Positions 17,918 to 29,175 of a stretch of DNA of 37,789 bases are shown here, one piece after another. Origin of the DNA: Eledone cirrhosa (taxonomy: Eukaryota); the NCBI GenBank assembly GCA_964016885.1, contig CAXHJY010000062.1, forward strand, positions 1-37,789, read 5' to 3'. The first letter of the stretch is position 1. Each line of letters starts with the position of its first letter. Below the pieces are notes generated by a model, which saw only the letters and a list, made by a program, of their open reading frames with translations, ran no database searches and was not told the origin of the DNA. The position numbers and the translations under genes were made by a program.

Positions 17918-18360
17918 ATACACATATACAGACAGATATACACATACACGCACAAACACAGACATAAACATACACACACAGATATACATACACACATACA
18001 CACACAAATACAGACACACACATATATACATACACACATACACACGCACACCCACACACACACACATACACACATACACACACACATACACACACATACA
18101 CTAACATACACACGTACACACATACACAGACACACACATACACATACACACACACATACAGACTCAAACACACTCATACATACAGAGACTCACACACATA
18201 CATATACACATATGGTAGGTTCTCTTCTCCAACACACACACACACACACACATACAAACTCGCACAAACACACCCACACAAACATACACACACATACACA
18301 CCCACACAAACATACACACACATACACATACACACCCACACAAGCATACACACACATACA

Positions 18361-18399
<39 letters not shown>

Positions 18400-18657
18400 A
18401 GCCACACACGCGCCCACACAAACATACACACACACACACACGCAGACAAATATACACACACATACTAACCCACACAAAGACACGCACGCAAACACATATA
18501 CACGCACACAAAGACACGCACACAAACACACAGACACACACGCACACCCACACAAACATACCCACACATACACACACACACATACACACACATACTCATA
18601 CATACACATACTCACCCACACACCCATACACACATGGTGGGTCCCACTTCTCCAACA
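17918..18657. repeat. Degenerate (CA)n tract with a duplicated 26-bp marker
   Basis: catatggtaggttctcttctccaaca (~18209) and cacatggtgggtcccacttctccaaca (~18631). Confidence 0.9.
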
Positions 18658-18727
18658 TGTCATTAATGTGCAGTATTCTGCTCTCCCATACAATATGTCG
18701 CTGTCTTGAAGCCATAGACAGCATTGC

Positions 18728-18888
18728 ATGGCGTTGTGTGGCGTTGTGTGGCGTTGTGTGGTGTTGTGTGGTGTTGTGTGGTGCTGTGTGGTGTTGTGCG
18801 GTGTTGTGTGGTGCTGTGTGGTGTTGTGTGGCGTTGTGTGGTGTTGTGTGGTGTTGTGTGGTGTTGTGTGGTGCTGTGTGGTGTTGCG
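18728..18888. repeat. 10-bp minisatellite (GTGTTGTGTG)n
   Basis: About 16 units with gcg/gtgc variants. Confidence 0.95.
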
Positions 18889-18913
18889 CGTCATCTCATT
18901 AGATCTTATTGAA

Positions 18914-19103
18914 ATATATATATATATAATGTATATATATATATATATATGTATATATATAATATATATATATATATATACTGTACATGTAGATAGATAC
19001 ATACATACATACATATATACATACATATATATACATATATATACATATATATATTTGTAAATAGATAGATACATACATACATATATATACATATATATAT
19101 ATG

Positions 19104-19134
<31 letters not shown>

Positions 19135-19230
19135 CTGTACATGTAGATAGATACATACATACATATATACATACATATATATACATATATATACATATAT
19201 ATATATGTAAATAGATAGATACTTACACAC

Positions 19231-19283
<53 letters not shown>

Positions 19284-19302
19284 ATAGATATAGATATATC
19301 TG

Positions 19303-19388
<86 letters not shown>

Positions 19389-19608
19389 CTGGGGATAGAA
19401 CATAGTAAAATCATAAACTAAGCGAAATCAATATGAAAAATAACAATAAATAAATAAACAAATAAATAAATAAATAAATGAGTAAATAAATGAATGAATA
19501 AATAAATAAATAGACAAGTGATTGAATGAGGTAAAATTTGTCTTTGATGAGTATTTTCTGAATATTCTGAAAGTGGAACAAAAAAAAAATGGAAGGAAAA
19601 ACAGATAG

Positions 19609-19646
<38 letters not shown>

Positions 19647-19830
19647 AAGGCAGACAGACAGACTGGAGAAAAGGGGACAAGGGAAGAGATGGACGATAAT
19701 AAAAGACGATGATGATGATGAAAGAAAAGAAAAAAGGGAAGTCTATGGAAAAGTAGGAGGAAGAAGAGAAGGAAAGAAAAAAGAGAATACAGAAGAAAAA
19801 GAAGATGAAGAAAGACAAACAAACAAAACA
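18914..19830. repeat. Mixed TA/TACA, (GT)n, (AAAT)n, (GATA)n and A-rich simple repeats
   Basis: Direct reading; actgtacatgtagatagatacatacatac is duplicated at ~18980 and ~19134; (GT)n at 19301-19385. Confidence 0.9.
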
Positions 19831-20014
19831 ACAAATTAAAAATATTAACACTAAAATATTAAAGAAATTGGTTTGCAATTTTTGTTGTATTGATATATCA
19901 CAATTGAGTAACTTGGATGTTCTTCCTTTGTACACTAACTGTTCAATTAACGGCCTATGATTAATTCTGATCAAATCATACTGCTCTGGGATGTATCTAT
20001 TAAAGTGTATCAAA

Positions 20015-21075
20015 GAGAGTAAACCTACCTATACAGGGAAAAACAAAATAAGTGCAAAATGAAATAAAAATCTATTGGGATGTCTCTACAAAGATGTGTC
20101 GAAAATAGCAAAGCTACCTATACAGGGAAAAACTAAACAGGTGTAAAATAAAATAAGAAGTTACAGGGATGTCTTTACAAAAATATGTTGAAGAGAGAAA
20201 GCCTACCTACACAAGGGAAAAAATATCAAATAAAAAGTTACCAAGATGTTTACCAAACCTGTCTATACTCGGAATATCAAAAGTTACCGAAAAGTTGGCA
20301 TGTACATGGAAAAAGTAAACAGGTGTAAAATGAAATACAAAACAGGAATTGAAATGAGATAAAAAGTTATCGGGATGTCTACTAAAATGTCTGGAAACAG
20401 GAAACATTACCTAAACACGGTAAAACATATAAAATAAAAAGTTGCCGACATGTTTACTAAAGTATGTGAAAGTCAACAAACCTATCTTCATACAGGAAAG
20501 GCAAAACAAGTGTAAAATGAAATAAAAAAGCTACACGGATGTCTCTACAGAAATGTGTATACCTACACACGGAAAAACAAAACGGATGTTAAATAAAATA
20601 AAAAAGTTACAGGGATGTCTTTACAAAAGTGTGTTGAAGATAGTAAACCTCTCTACGAGGAATATCAAAGGTTACCGAAATGTCTGTACAAAAGTGTGTT
20701 GAGGACAACAAACCTACCTACACACGAAAATACAAAACATGAATTGAATGAGATAAAAAGTTATTAAAGTGTGTGGAAACAGGAAACATTACCTAAACAC
20801 GGTAAAACAAAATAAGTGTAAAATGAAATAAAGATCTATTGGGTTGTCTCTATAAAAATGTGTTGAAGATAGCAAACCTACCTACAGTAGGAAGAACATA
20901 TTAAATAAAAAGTTACCAAGATGTTCACCAAACATCTCTACACCGAAATGTCTGTACATGGAAAAACCAAACAGGTGTAAAATAAAATAAAATGATACAG
21001 GGATGTCTTTACAAAAACTAGGTTGAAGAGAGCAAACCTACCTATACAGGAAAATACAAAACAGGAATTGAATGA
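20015..21075. repeat. Degenerate AT-rich satellite, ~85-90-bp unit
   Basis: Recurring aaacctacctatacagg.aaaa..aaacaggtgtaaaatgaaataaaaagtta..gggatgtct.tacaaaa..gtgttgaaga. Confidence 0.85.
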
Positions 21076-21076
21076 G

Positions 21077-21304
21077 TGTATAGAAATAGATAGGAGGGTG
21101 AAAACCTTCAACTGAGCTAGGCCAGAACCTGCCACCCCTTTCAACCTTCTCCGTGTATAGGGAGAGAGATATGAGGGTGAAAACCTTCACTTGAGCCAGG
21201 CCAGAACCTGCCGGCCCTTTCAACCTTCTCCGTGTATAGGGAGAGAGATAGGAGGGTGATACCCTTCACTTGAGCCAGGCCAGAACCTGCCGGCCCTTTC
21301 AACC
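21077..21304. repeat. 79-bp tandem repeat, ~2.9 copies
   Basis: gagggtga..accttca at 21094, 21173 and 21252. Confidence 0.92.
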
Positions 21305-21349
21305 CACTACATATACTGCATATACACACTTACATAGAACACAGAATAT

Positions 21350-21598
21350 TCACACACACATACACACACACATACATACACACATACATGTACCCAGGCA
21401 CACATGCACCCAGACACGCACATACACACACATACACACATTCAGACTCACATACACACACAGACACACACACACACATACTCGCACACAGGCACACACA
21501 CGCACTCAGACACATATACACCCAGATGCACACACACACACACTCAGACAGACACAGACACTCGCATATACACACTCAGACACACACGCGCACTCGCA

Positions 21599-21649
<51 letters not shown>

Positions 21650-21807
21650 AGACACAAATACACCCAGATACGCACACACACATACACACAAACACATATA
21701 CATACACCCAGTCATACACGCACACACACACACACGCAGGCACACGCACACGCACATACATAACCCAGACACACACATACACCCGGACACGCACAGATAT
21801 ACACACA

Positions 21808-21850
<43 letters not shown>

Positions 21851-21900
21851 CACACATACACCCGGACACGCACACACACAAACAAACACACACACACACT
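21350..21900. repeat. Degenerate (CA)n tract
   Basis: Direct reading. Confidence 0.93.
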
Positions 21901-22424
21901 TATGCTAAACATGTCGCTACGATTCGGAAATCCGAGCAATATCGTAATGGACATTGAAAGTGTGATATTCCTAAATACGACACTTGAAAAGTTTACAGTA
22001 ATTTATAGTTAAACTGAAATTTAGTAGAGACTCTATATTTATACTAGATAGAATGATGCAAATTATTATTCTTCACTTGATTTTCTCTCGTCTGAAGGCA
22101 TAATAGATTTAGTAGATTTAATAGATTTCAAGTGTCTTTCGTGTGTAAAATTGCTGTGGTTAGCACAAGACAAAATGGAGGTTATCCAGCATAGTACCAA
22201 CTCATTGATGGTTCATTGACTTCAGCGCACAAATAACCTTCGTGATATGTAACGCCGGCATTGGTGTCGGTGTAAGTGCCGGCGTTGCTGGGCTGTGTGG
22301 TTAACAAGTACGCTCTACAACCTCATGGCTTTGTTTTCAGTCCATCTAAGAAATTTCGTTTACAGGAACTATGCAGAATCCTGTCGTATATATGTATGTA
22401 CCATGGGCCCAGCACTATGTGTCA

Positions 22425-22570
22425 ATAATTGTCACAAGTGTAGTGTTTGTACCAGAGTTTTCAAGTCGTTGGCTGGACTAAAAAGTCACACTCGTTCAGC
22501 GCATTGGTAGGGGTTCTCCTACATGGATATAAAGTAGTGGCCGTACTCGAAAACGAGTTGGCAGCCACCA

Positions 22571-22572
<2 letters not shown>
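22425..22572 (+). mobile_element. 3' end of an RTE-like non-LTR retrotransposon (C-terminal C2H2 finger plus 3' UTR)
   Basis: HKCSVCTRVFKSLAGLKSHTRSAHW* (stop 22508-22510), then a short UTR with a ctcg aaaa cgag hairpin, ending directly in (AT)n. Confidence 0.65.
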
Positions 22573-22615
<43 letters not shown>

Positions 22616-22688
22616 GGAGCTTCCAACAGACATGGTCACATTCTTTTAAGGGTATGTCAATATTTGTTTATAAAACTGATCTATATTA

Positions 22689-22753
22689 TATTTTATCTGA
22701 TGAAAGCGCACCATAATTTGCTTTGGTGTCCTTGAAATATGTATAATGAAATA
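22689..22753 (+). ncRNA. Type I hammerhead, AT-rich family copy 3 (intact core)
   Basis: TATTTTAT-CTGATGA-AAGcGCACCA taatttgctt TGGTGTcCTT-GAAA-TATGTA-TA-ATGAAATA; island 22613-22796 is homologous to 17045-17230. Confidence 0.85.
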
Positions 22754-22791
22754 AATATGGTTTCATAAACATAGTTTCCATTTATTAATAT

Positions 22792-22839
<48 letters not shown>

Positions 22840-23117
22840 TACGAACTTATATTATATACGTATTTGTGGTCACACATACACTGATATGCTTGCCCTCATA
22901 TATGTACTTACGCACACATTTTCACTATACACATGCATTTGTACATACACACACATGTACATTTATGAGTGAATATACACACATTTATACACATACCCTA
23001 ACTATATTACCTTTTTTTTTATATATATCTCTTGCATTACTTTTTTTTTTTTTTTTTTTTTCCCGTTAAACTTTTGCCTTTCTTGAGGAGATTTTTCAAA
23101 TATTTCACTATGTTTTA

Positions 23118-23201
23118 AATTGCCTTGTCCGATGAACGAATGGGGACGTTTTTTGTATTCATCTTATTCGGGAAAATGTCTTATTTGGTAATGAGGTAAT
23201 T
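23118..23201 (+). ncRNA. Decayed type I hammerhead (CCGAUGA core)
   Basis: AATTGCCTTGT-CCGATGA-a-CGAATGGG..CTTATTCG-g-GAAA..GTA-ATGAGGTAATT; stem I is 11 bp with G-U pairs, stem III is disrupted; tail (agctctgtaacttacatagagcactct) recurs inverted at ~25612-25640. Confidence 0.55.
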
Positions 23202-23301
23202 ATATTGTATTGTTTATTATACATTAAATTTAGCTCTGTAACTTACATAGAGCACTCTTCATCCCTATGACTTTTTCAATTTTCAATGGAAACTTCAATA
23301 C

Positions 23302-23365
<64 letters not shown>

Positions 23366-23534
23366 GAGTTAAACAAGATTCAATGAGTACATCAAAGAAT
23401 GAGTTTTACGGTAGATTGAAAGCACTCTACAGAAAGATATTTTCCAGAGTTATTAATATTAAATTGAAATATTAATCACTACCTTCATTAAATCTTAACC
23501 ATTTAACATGTCAGGGTATGTCATGTATCATTTT

Positions 23535-23600
23535 ATTTTATCTGATGAGGACGTACTATTGAACTTGATTCAAGTACCTCTGAAATATGTATAATAAAAT
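23535..23600 (+). ncRNA. Type I hammerhead, AT-rich family copy 4 (intact core)
   Basis: ATTTTAT-CTGATGA-GGAcGTACT..AGTACcTCT-GAAA-TATGTA-TA-ATAAAAT; island 23362-23650. Confidence 0.82.
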
Positions 23601-23819
23601 TTTATTGATCACAAGAAGATCTATTTTATTAATATTTGAATTTAATATTATATATATATATACATATATATATAAACAATGAGTTATATATTTTATTGAT
23701 AAGTATTCAACAGAGTTATTTTCATAACAGTTATTAAGCACTCTACAGTTAAATTTTATTAGACGTATTATAATATTAACAATAGTAATAAATGGAAAAT
23801 ATCACTACTTCAAATATTA

Positions 23820-23881
23820 TATTTTATCTGATGAAAGCATACTATAATTTAATATCCTTGAAATATACATATAACAAAATA
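23820..23881 (+). ncRNA. Type I hammerhead, AT-rich family copy 5
   Basis: TATTTTAT-CTGATGA-AAGcATACTA..TAATATcCTT-GAAA-TATACATA-TA-ACAAAATA (one stem I mismatch); island 23673-23932. Confidence 0.72.
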
Positions 23882-23921
23882 AATATGATGCTATAGTGAT
23901 ATTTTCCATTTATTACTATTT

Positions 23922-23982
<61 letters not shown>

Positions 23983-23983
<1 letters not shown>

Positions 23984-24164
23984 TGTACCCTCGGCATTCG
24001 TGATCCCGGCCTATTGGATGCCCCTTCGCATAAGAACTCCTTTTTTTATTATATTTTACGTTATAGTTTGGCGTTTATAGGCATTTTTATAGGCCAATAT
24101 TCACGGTTATTCATTCTTCACGGGTATTCTAGGATCGTAACCTATCACGAAAACCGGAGGACAA

Positions 24165-24167
<3 letters not shown>
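23983..24167. mobile_element. Probable Tigger/pogo-like MITE
   Basis: TA-flanked; left ctgtaccctcggcattcgtg versus right-end reverse complement cagttgtcctccggttttcgtg (degenerate TIRs). Confidence 0.45.
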
Positions 24168-24217
<50 letters not shown>

Positions 24218-24337
24218 CATATATATATATATATATATACATCCATATATATAAGGTTAGCTATGCCTTCCATTAAAGTTTATTGTACTGTCCCCTATAT
24301 GTTGGTCCTTGTGGCCAATAAATGAAACCATTATTAT

Positions 24338-24616
24338 GGATTGGCAGTATTGATAGAGGGTCGGACGTCATGCTTTGCAGGAAAGATTACGCCCCTTTAT
24401 GATCTAAGTTCAATTCCCGCCGAGGTGGATTGGCAGTATCGGTAGGGGGTCGGACGCCATGCTTTGACGCATAGTTACGGCCCTTGCCATTCTGAGTTCA
24501 AATCCCGCCGAGGTTAACTTTGCCTTTCATCCTTACGGGGTCGATAAAATAAAGTACCAGTAATACACTGGGATAATTGCTGGCCTTGTGCCAAAAGTAG
24601 AAACAATTATTATTTA
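24338..24616 (+). mobile_element. tRNA-derived SINE (duplicated head plus a full copy)
   Basis: A-box-like tggcagtatcggtag, B-box gagttcaaatccc, conserved body gcctttcatccttacggggtcgataaaataaagtaccagt, (TTA)n tail. Confidence 0.85.
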
Positions 24617-24917
24617 TTAAAATATTTTTTGAGGATGTATTTTTTAAATTTATATTTGAATTGCATGCCTTCTCTTATTAACTTTATTAGTTTTCTTTAC
24701 TGCTTATGATATGTTTTTCAATATACTTAACAATTACTTGTATACATATGTATACATATATGCATATACATAAATATATACATATATAAATACATTTATA
24801 TATATATATATTTATATATCTGTGTGTGTGTGTATATATATATATTAACTACACTACACAATGCTAGAGAATTCACACTGTATGTATGCACACTCTAAAT
24901 TTTGATATAAATCGCTA

Positions 24918-25017
24918 CGCCATTTCATCCTTACGGGGGCGATAAAATAAAGTACCAGTAATACTCTGGGTATTTGCTGGCCTTGTGCCAAAAGTACAAA
25001 CAATTATTATTATTATT
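24918..25017 (+). mobile_element. 3' half of the same SINE
   Basis: tttcatccttacgggggcgataaaataaagtaccagt..gctggccttgtgccaaaagta..(tta)n. Confidence 0.8.
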
Positions 25018-25513
25018 ACATATCGTTTGTTTCGTCTTTGGATTTCATAAAAGCTTCACATAAAAATCTATCTCTTATTTCGTTGAGAGAATTAGTCAGC
25101 CAATGTTTCATAAGCTAAATTATTATAGTAAAGCGTTAATAAATGTCGTAATTCCGTTAAAGATAGGAAATAGTGAAGTAGATATTTAGTGTTACTCATT
25201 TATAAAGATCGACTACTGGCCGTCTACTTTATAAATTATATTACTAACTTGCCGTCATGAGATTTGTTAAGAACGAGACCAATCAAAGATCATATACATA
25301 TATATTTACGTATACGTGTGTATGTGTGTATGCATGTATATATATATATATATATATAAATATATATGTATGTATCAATGTAGGTATGCATGTATGTATG
25401 TATGTATGAGTAAATATAGGTATGCATGTATATATATATATATATATATATAAATATAAATATATATGTATGTATCAATCTAGGTATGCATGTATGTATG
25501 AGTAAATATAGGT

Positions 25514-25558
<45 letters not shown>

Positions 25559-25762
25559 GGAGAGAGAGAAAGATGGATATATATATATATATAAACTATT
25601 TCCCAAGGAAAAGAGAGTGCTCTATGTAGGCTACAGAGCTTTTTAGTTATGTATTAAACAACGTTATTTAATACATAACTATATATATATAGTACTATAT
25701 AAATATATATATAGTAATAATAATAGATGTGAAGACTAAAATCCTAAGAGGGCTCGATAAGG

Positions 25763-25822
<60 letters not shown>

Positions 25823-25880
25823 AATAAGCATAAGGAAAGTATATACTTTCAGACGTTCAACCATCAGGCAGGTAGGTATA

Positions 25881-25921
25881 CGTTGCTGATGATATCTAAT
25901 AAACTTGAAACTAGTACAGCG
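25881..25921 (+). ncRNA. Minimal type I hammerhead with degenerate stem II
   Basis: CGTTG-CTGATGA-tatctaataaactt-GAAA-CTAG-TA-CAGCG; palindromic stem III, GUA triplet; in TA-flanked island 25818-25996. Confidence 0.68.
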
Positions 25922-25992
25922 TTCCTTTGTCAGTGTTGAACAAATGAGCAACGATGGTTGCTAGACACTGTACGGCTTAATTCGGGATGTTT

Positions 25993-26035
<43 letters not shown>

Positions 26036-26038
<3 letters not shown>

Positions 26039-26100
26039 AGAGTGATAGAGAGACGAAAAGAGTCAGGACCCCGACGGCTGAGCTCCGACCTTTCGACAGA
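26036..26100 (-). mobile_element. Third remnant of the GAGCTC half-hammerhead family
   Basis: Minus strand tcgaaaggtcggagctcagccgtcggggtcct...ccct(ata)n. Confidence 0.6.
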
Positions 26101-26177
26101 TTATAAGTATGAAAAGTACCAGTAATGCACTGATTTAATTGCTGGCCTTGTGCCCAAAGTAGATACAATTATATATA

Positions 26178-26253
<76 letters not shown>

Positions 26254-26389
26254 ATCAATAATCCTTCGTGGACCGCCTCCGAAAGTTTCAGCCCTCTCAT
26301 ATGTGTGTGTGTATATATATATGTGTATATGTGCATGCATTAATATCAATCTTCAAAGTCCGCTTATGAACCTTTCAGCTCCCACTCGT

Positions 26390-26848
26390 GTATATATATA
26401 TATATATGTATATATATAAATATGTATATATATAAATATGTATATATATGAATAAATATGTATATATATATATATATGAATAAATATGTATATATATATA
26501 TATAAATATGTATATATATGTATAAATATGTATATATATGTATAAATATGTATATATATGTATAAATATGTATATATATGTATAAATATGTATAAATATG
26601 TATATATATATGTATAAATATGTATATATATGTATAAATATGTATATATATATGTATAAATATGTATATATATGTATACATATGTATATATATGTATAAA
26701 TATGTATATATATATATAAATATGTACAAATATGTATAAATATGTATATAGATATATATATATATATAAATATGTATAAATATATATATATATATAAATA
26801 TGTATAAATATATATGTATATATATATATATAAATATGTATAAATATG

Positions 26849-26880
<32 letters not shown>

Positions 26881-27295
26881 AATATGTATATATATATATA
26901 AATATGTATATATATAAATAAATATGTATATATATAAATATGTATATATATATATAAATATGTATATATATATAAATATGTATATATATATATATATATA
27001 AATATGTATATATATATATATAAATATATATATGTATATATATATGTATATATATAAATATATATATGTATATATATATGTATATATGTATATATATATA
27101 TGTATATATATATATAAATATATATATGTATATATATATGTATATATATATATGTATATGTATATATATAAATATGTATATGTATATATATAAATATATA
27201 TATGTATATGTATATGTATATATATAAATATATATATGTATATATATATGTATATATATATATAAATATGTATATATATATATATATAAACATAT
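26390..27295. repeat. (TA)n array with tataaatatg units
   Basis: Direct reading. Confidence 0.95.
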
Positions 27296-27328
27296 ATAGT
27301 AAACTGTTGTGAGGGGGAGGGCACACTG

Positions 27329-27384
<56 letters not shown>

Positions 27385-27386
<2 letters not shown>

Positions 27387-27470
27387 AGAGTTAAACAAGG
27401 TTCAATGAATTCATCAAAGAATGAGTTTTACAATAGATTGGAAGCACTCAACAAAAAATGTATTAATACT
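27385..27470 (-). mobile_element. Isolated inverted tail of the AT-rich hammerhead element family
   Basis: agagttaaacaaggttcaatgaattcatcaaagaatgagttttacaatagattggaagcactc closely matches 23365-23427. Confidence 0.7.
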
Positions 27471-28004
27471 ATGTATATATACATATATATGCTGATAAAA
27501 TACGTTTTTATCTTATTTATTTTTCCCATTTTTCTTCGATCGCAAATTCACACAATTGGGGGAGGGGGGGGGGGTGTTGGGGGCTCGTTAAATTTTTAAT
27601 CTAGCGCAAAATTATATTTAGATGAAAAAAAAAATTATAAATATAAATAAATATTTACTATTTCATTAATAGAATTATGGTGTGTTTTACTAATTTATCA
27701 ATACCTTGTCTTTCATCTTACATATTCAGTAATCCACTGATACCATATGTTTACAATCACTAATTTACTAATCTAATAATTTATTATGTATTATTTTGAT
27801 CAGTGTATTTAGTAATTTAACGATATCATCAATCTTTTAAAATAATGTTTAAATTTTTAATATCTTCTATTGATTTCTGATCTAAAAACTTAAAGAAAAA
27901 AAAGAAATCAATTTAATCGATTTGTTGTATTTGTGATAAAATTGGCATTTCTTGCTGATGTTGTTAATTTTTCTTGTATTTTCTGTTTATGTTTTGTTGT
28001 TTAC

Positions 28005-28314
28005 ATCCCGCCGAGGTTAACTTTGCCTTACGGGGTCGATAAAATAAACTACAAGTCACGTACTGGGGTCGATTTAATCGACTTTCCTTTTCCCCAAATT
28101 ACTGGCCTCGTGCCTATATAAGAAACCATTTTGGCAGAATCGGTAGAGGGTCGGACGCTATGCTTTAACGCATAGAGTTACGGCCCTTGTCATTCTGAGT
28201 TCAAATCCCGCCGAGGTTAGCTTTGCCTTCCATCCTTACGGGGTCGATAAAATAAAGTACCAGTAATTTGCTGGGATAATTGCTGGCCTTGTGCCGAAAG
28301 TAGAAACAAGTATT
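28005..28314 (+). mobile_element. Two tandem SINE copies (one partial, one full)
   Basis: Same A/B boxes and body as 24427-24616. Confidence 0.85.
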
Positions 28315-28320
28315 ATATAT

Positions 28321-28630
28321 GTTAGTGTTGGTGTTGTTGTCGTTGTCTTAGTCAGTAAGAAGGGCAGAGTTTCCCTGATCCTTTTAAAAGTCCCCTAAGA
28401 CAGCTAAAGGAGAGCTGTATGAACCGTTCCTCAAGTTTGCGACCTAGTCCGAATGCTTTCAAAAGAGTTGCTTTCACTAAGTCTTTTTTGTTAAACCAGA
28501 CAATTAGACTAATTAAGTGTACCCATCTTTTATACCTTAAATTCTCTGGGATTCGAACTCAGAACACCTGAAAAGTATAACGTAAGTTAAACCCACCTAT
28601 ACTTAACGACTTAACCACTCCCCCTACTTA
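28321..28630 (-). mobile_element. Possible second tRNA-derived SINE family
   Basis: Minus-strand B-box gttctgagttcgaatccc (~28548-28565), unrelated body, (CAA)-like tail at ~28321-28346. Confidence 0.4.
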
Positions 28631-28714
28631 CAAGGGTCGCCTGAAACGTTCATTGGAGGACTATGAAGGATTGATGCTAGAGCTGTGAAATATCACATGC
28701 ATTAATGTTCAACT

Positions 28715-29133
28715 CTGTATGTGTGGATGTTTGTAATTCTGTGTATGTGTATGTATCAGTGTACCTGTGTACATGTGTGTGTCTATGTGAGTGTATGTGA
28801 GTGCGTGTGTATGTGAGGGCATGTGTATTTTTCAGAATGTGTATCTGTGTATGTATGTGTCTCTTAGTGTGTGAAGGGTGTGCGACTGTGCGTTTATGTG
28901 TATGTGTCTGTGAGTGTCTGCGTATGTTTTGCATGTGTGTCTATGTGAGTTAGTGTATGTGTGTGTGAGAATGTGTAGGTGGGTGAGTGTATGTGATTGT
29001 GTGTCTATGCGAGTATGTGTGTGTGTGTATGTGTGTCTATGCGAATATATGTGTGTATGTGTCTGTATATGCGAGTATGTGTGTGTAGGTGAGTGTTTCT
29101 GTGAGTGTTTCTGTGAGTGTATATGTGTGTGTA

Positions 29134-29175
<42 letters not shown>

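Noticed and set aside
21910-21956. Imperfect hairpin atgtc..acgat-tcgga aa tccga..atcgt..gacat
   Set aside because: Single copy, bulged, no recognisable motif; could arise by chance.
22433-22510. C2H2 finger as a host zinc-finger gene exon
   Set aside because: Single finger, no TGEKP linker, immediately followed by a stop, a hairpin UTR and (AT)n, which fits a LINE 3' end better.
24427-24510. tRNA genes at SINE heads
   Set aside because: A/B boxes are present but no clean cloverleaf, and they continue into the SINE body.
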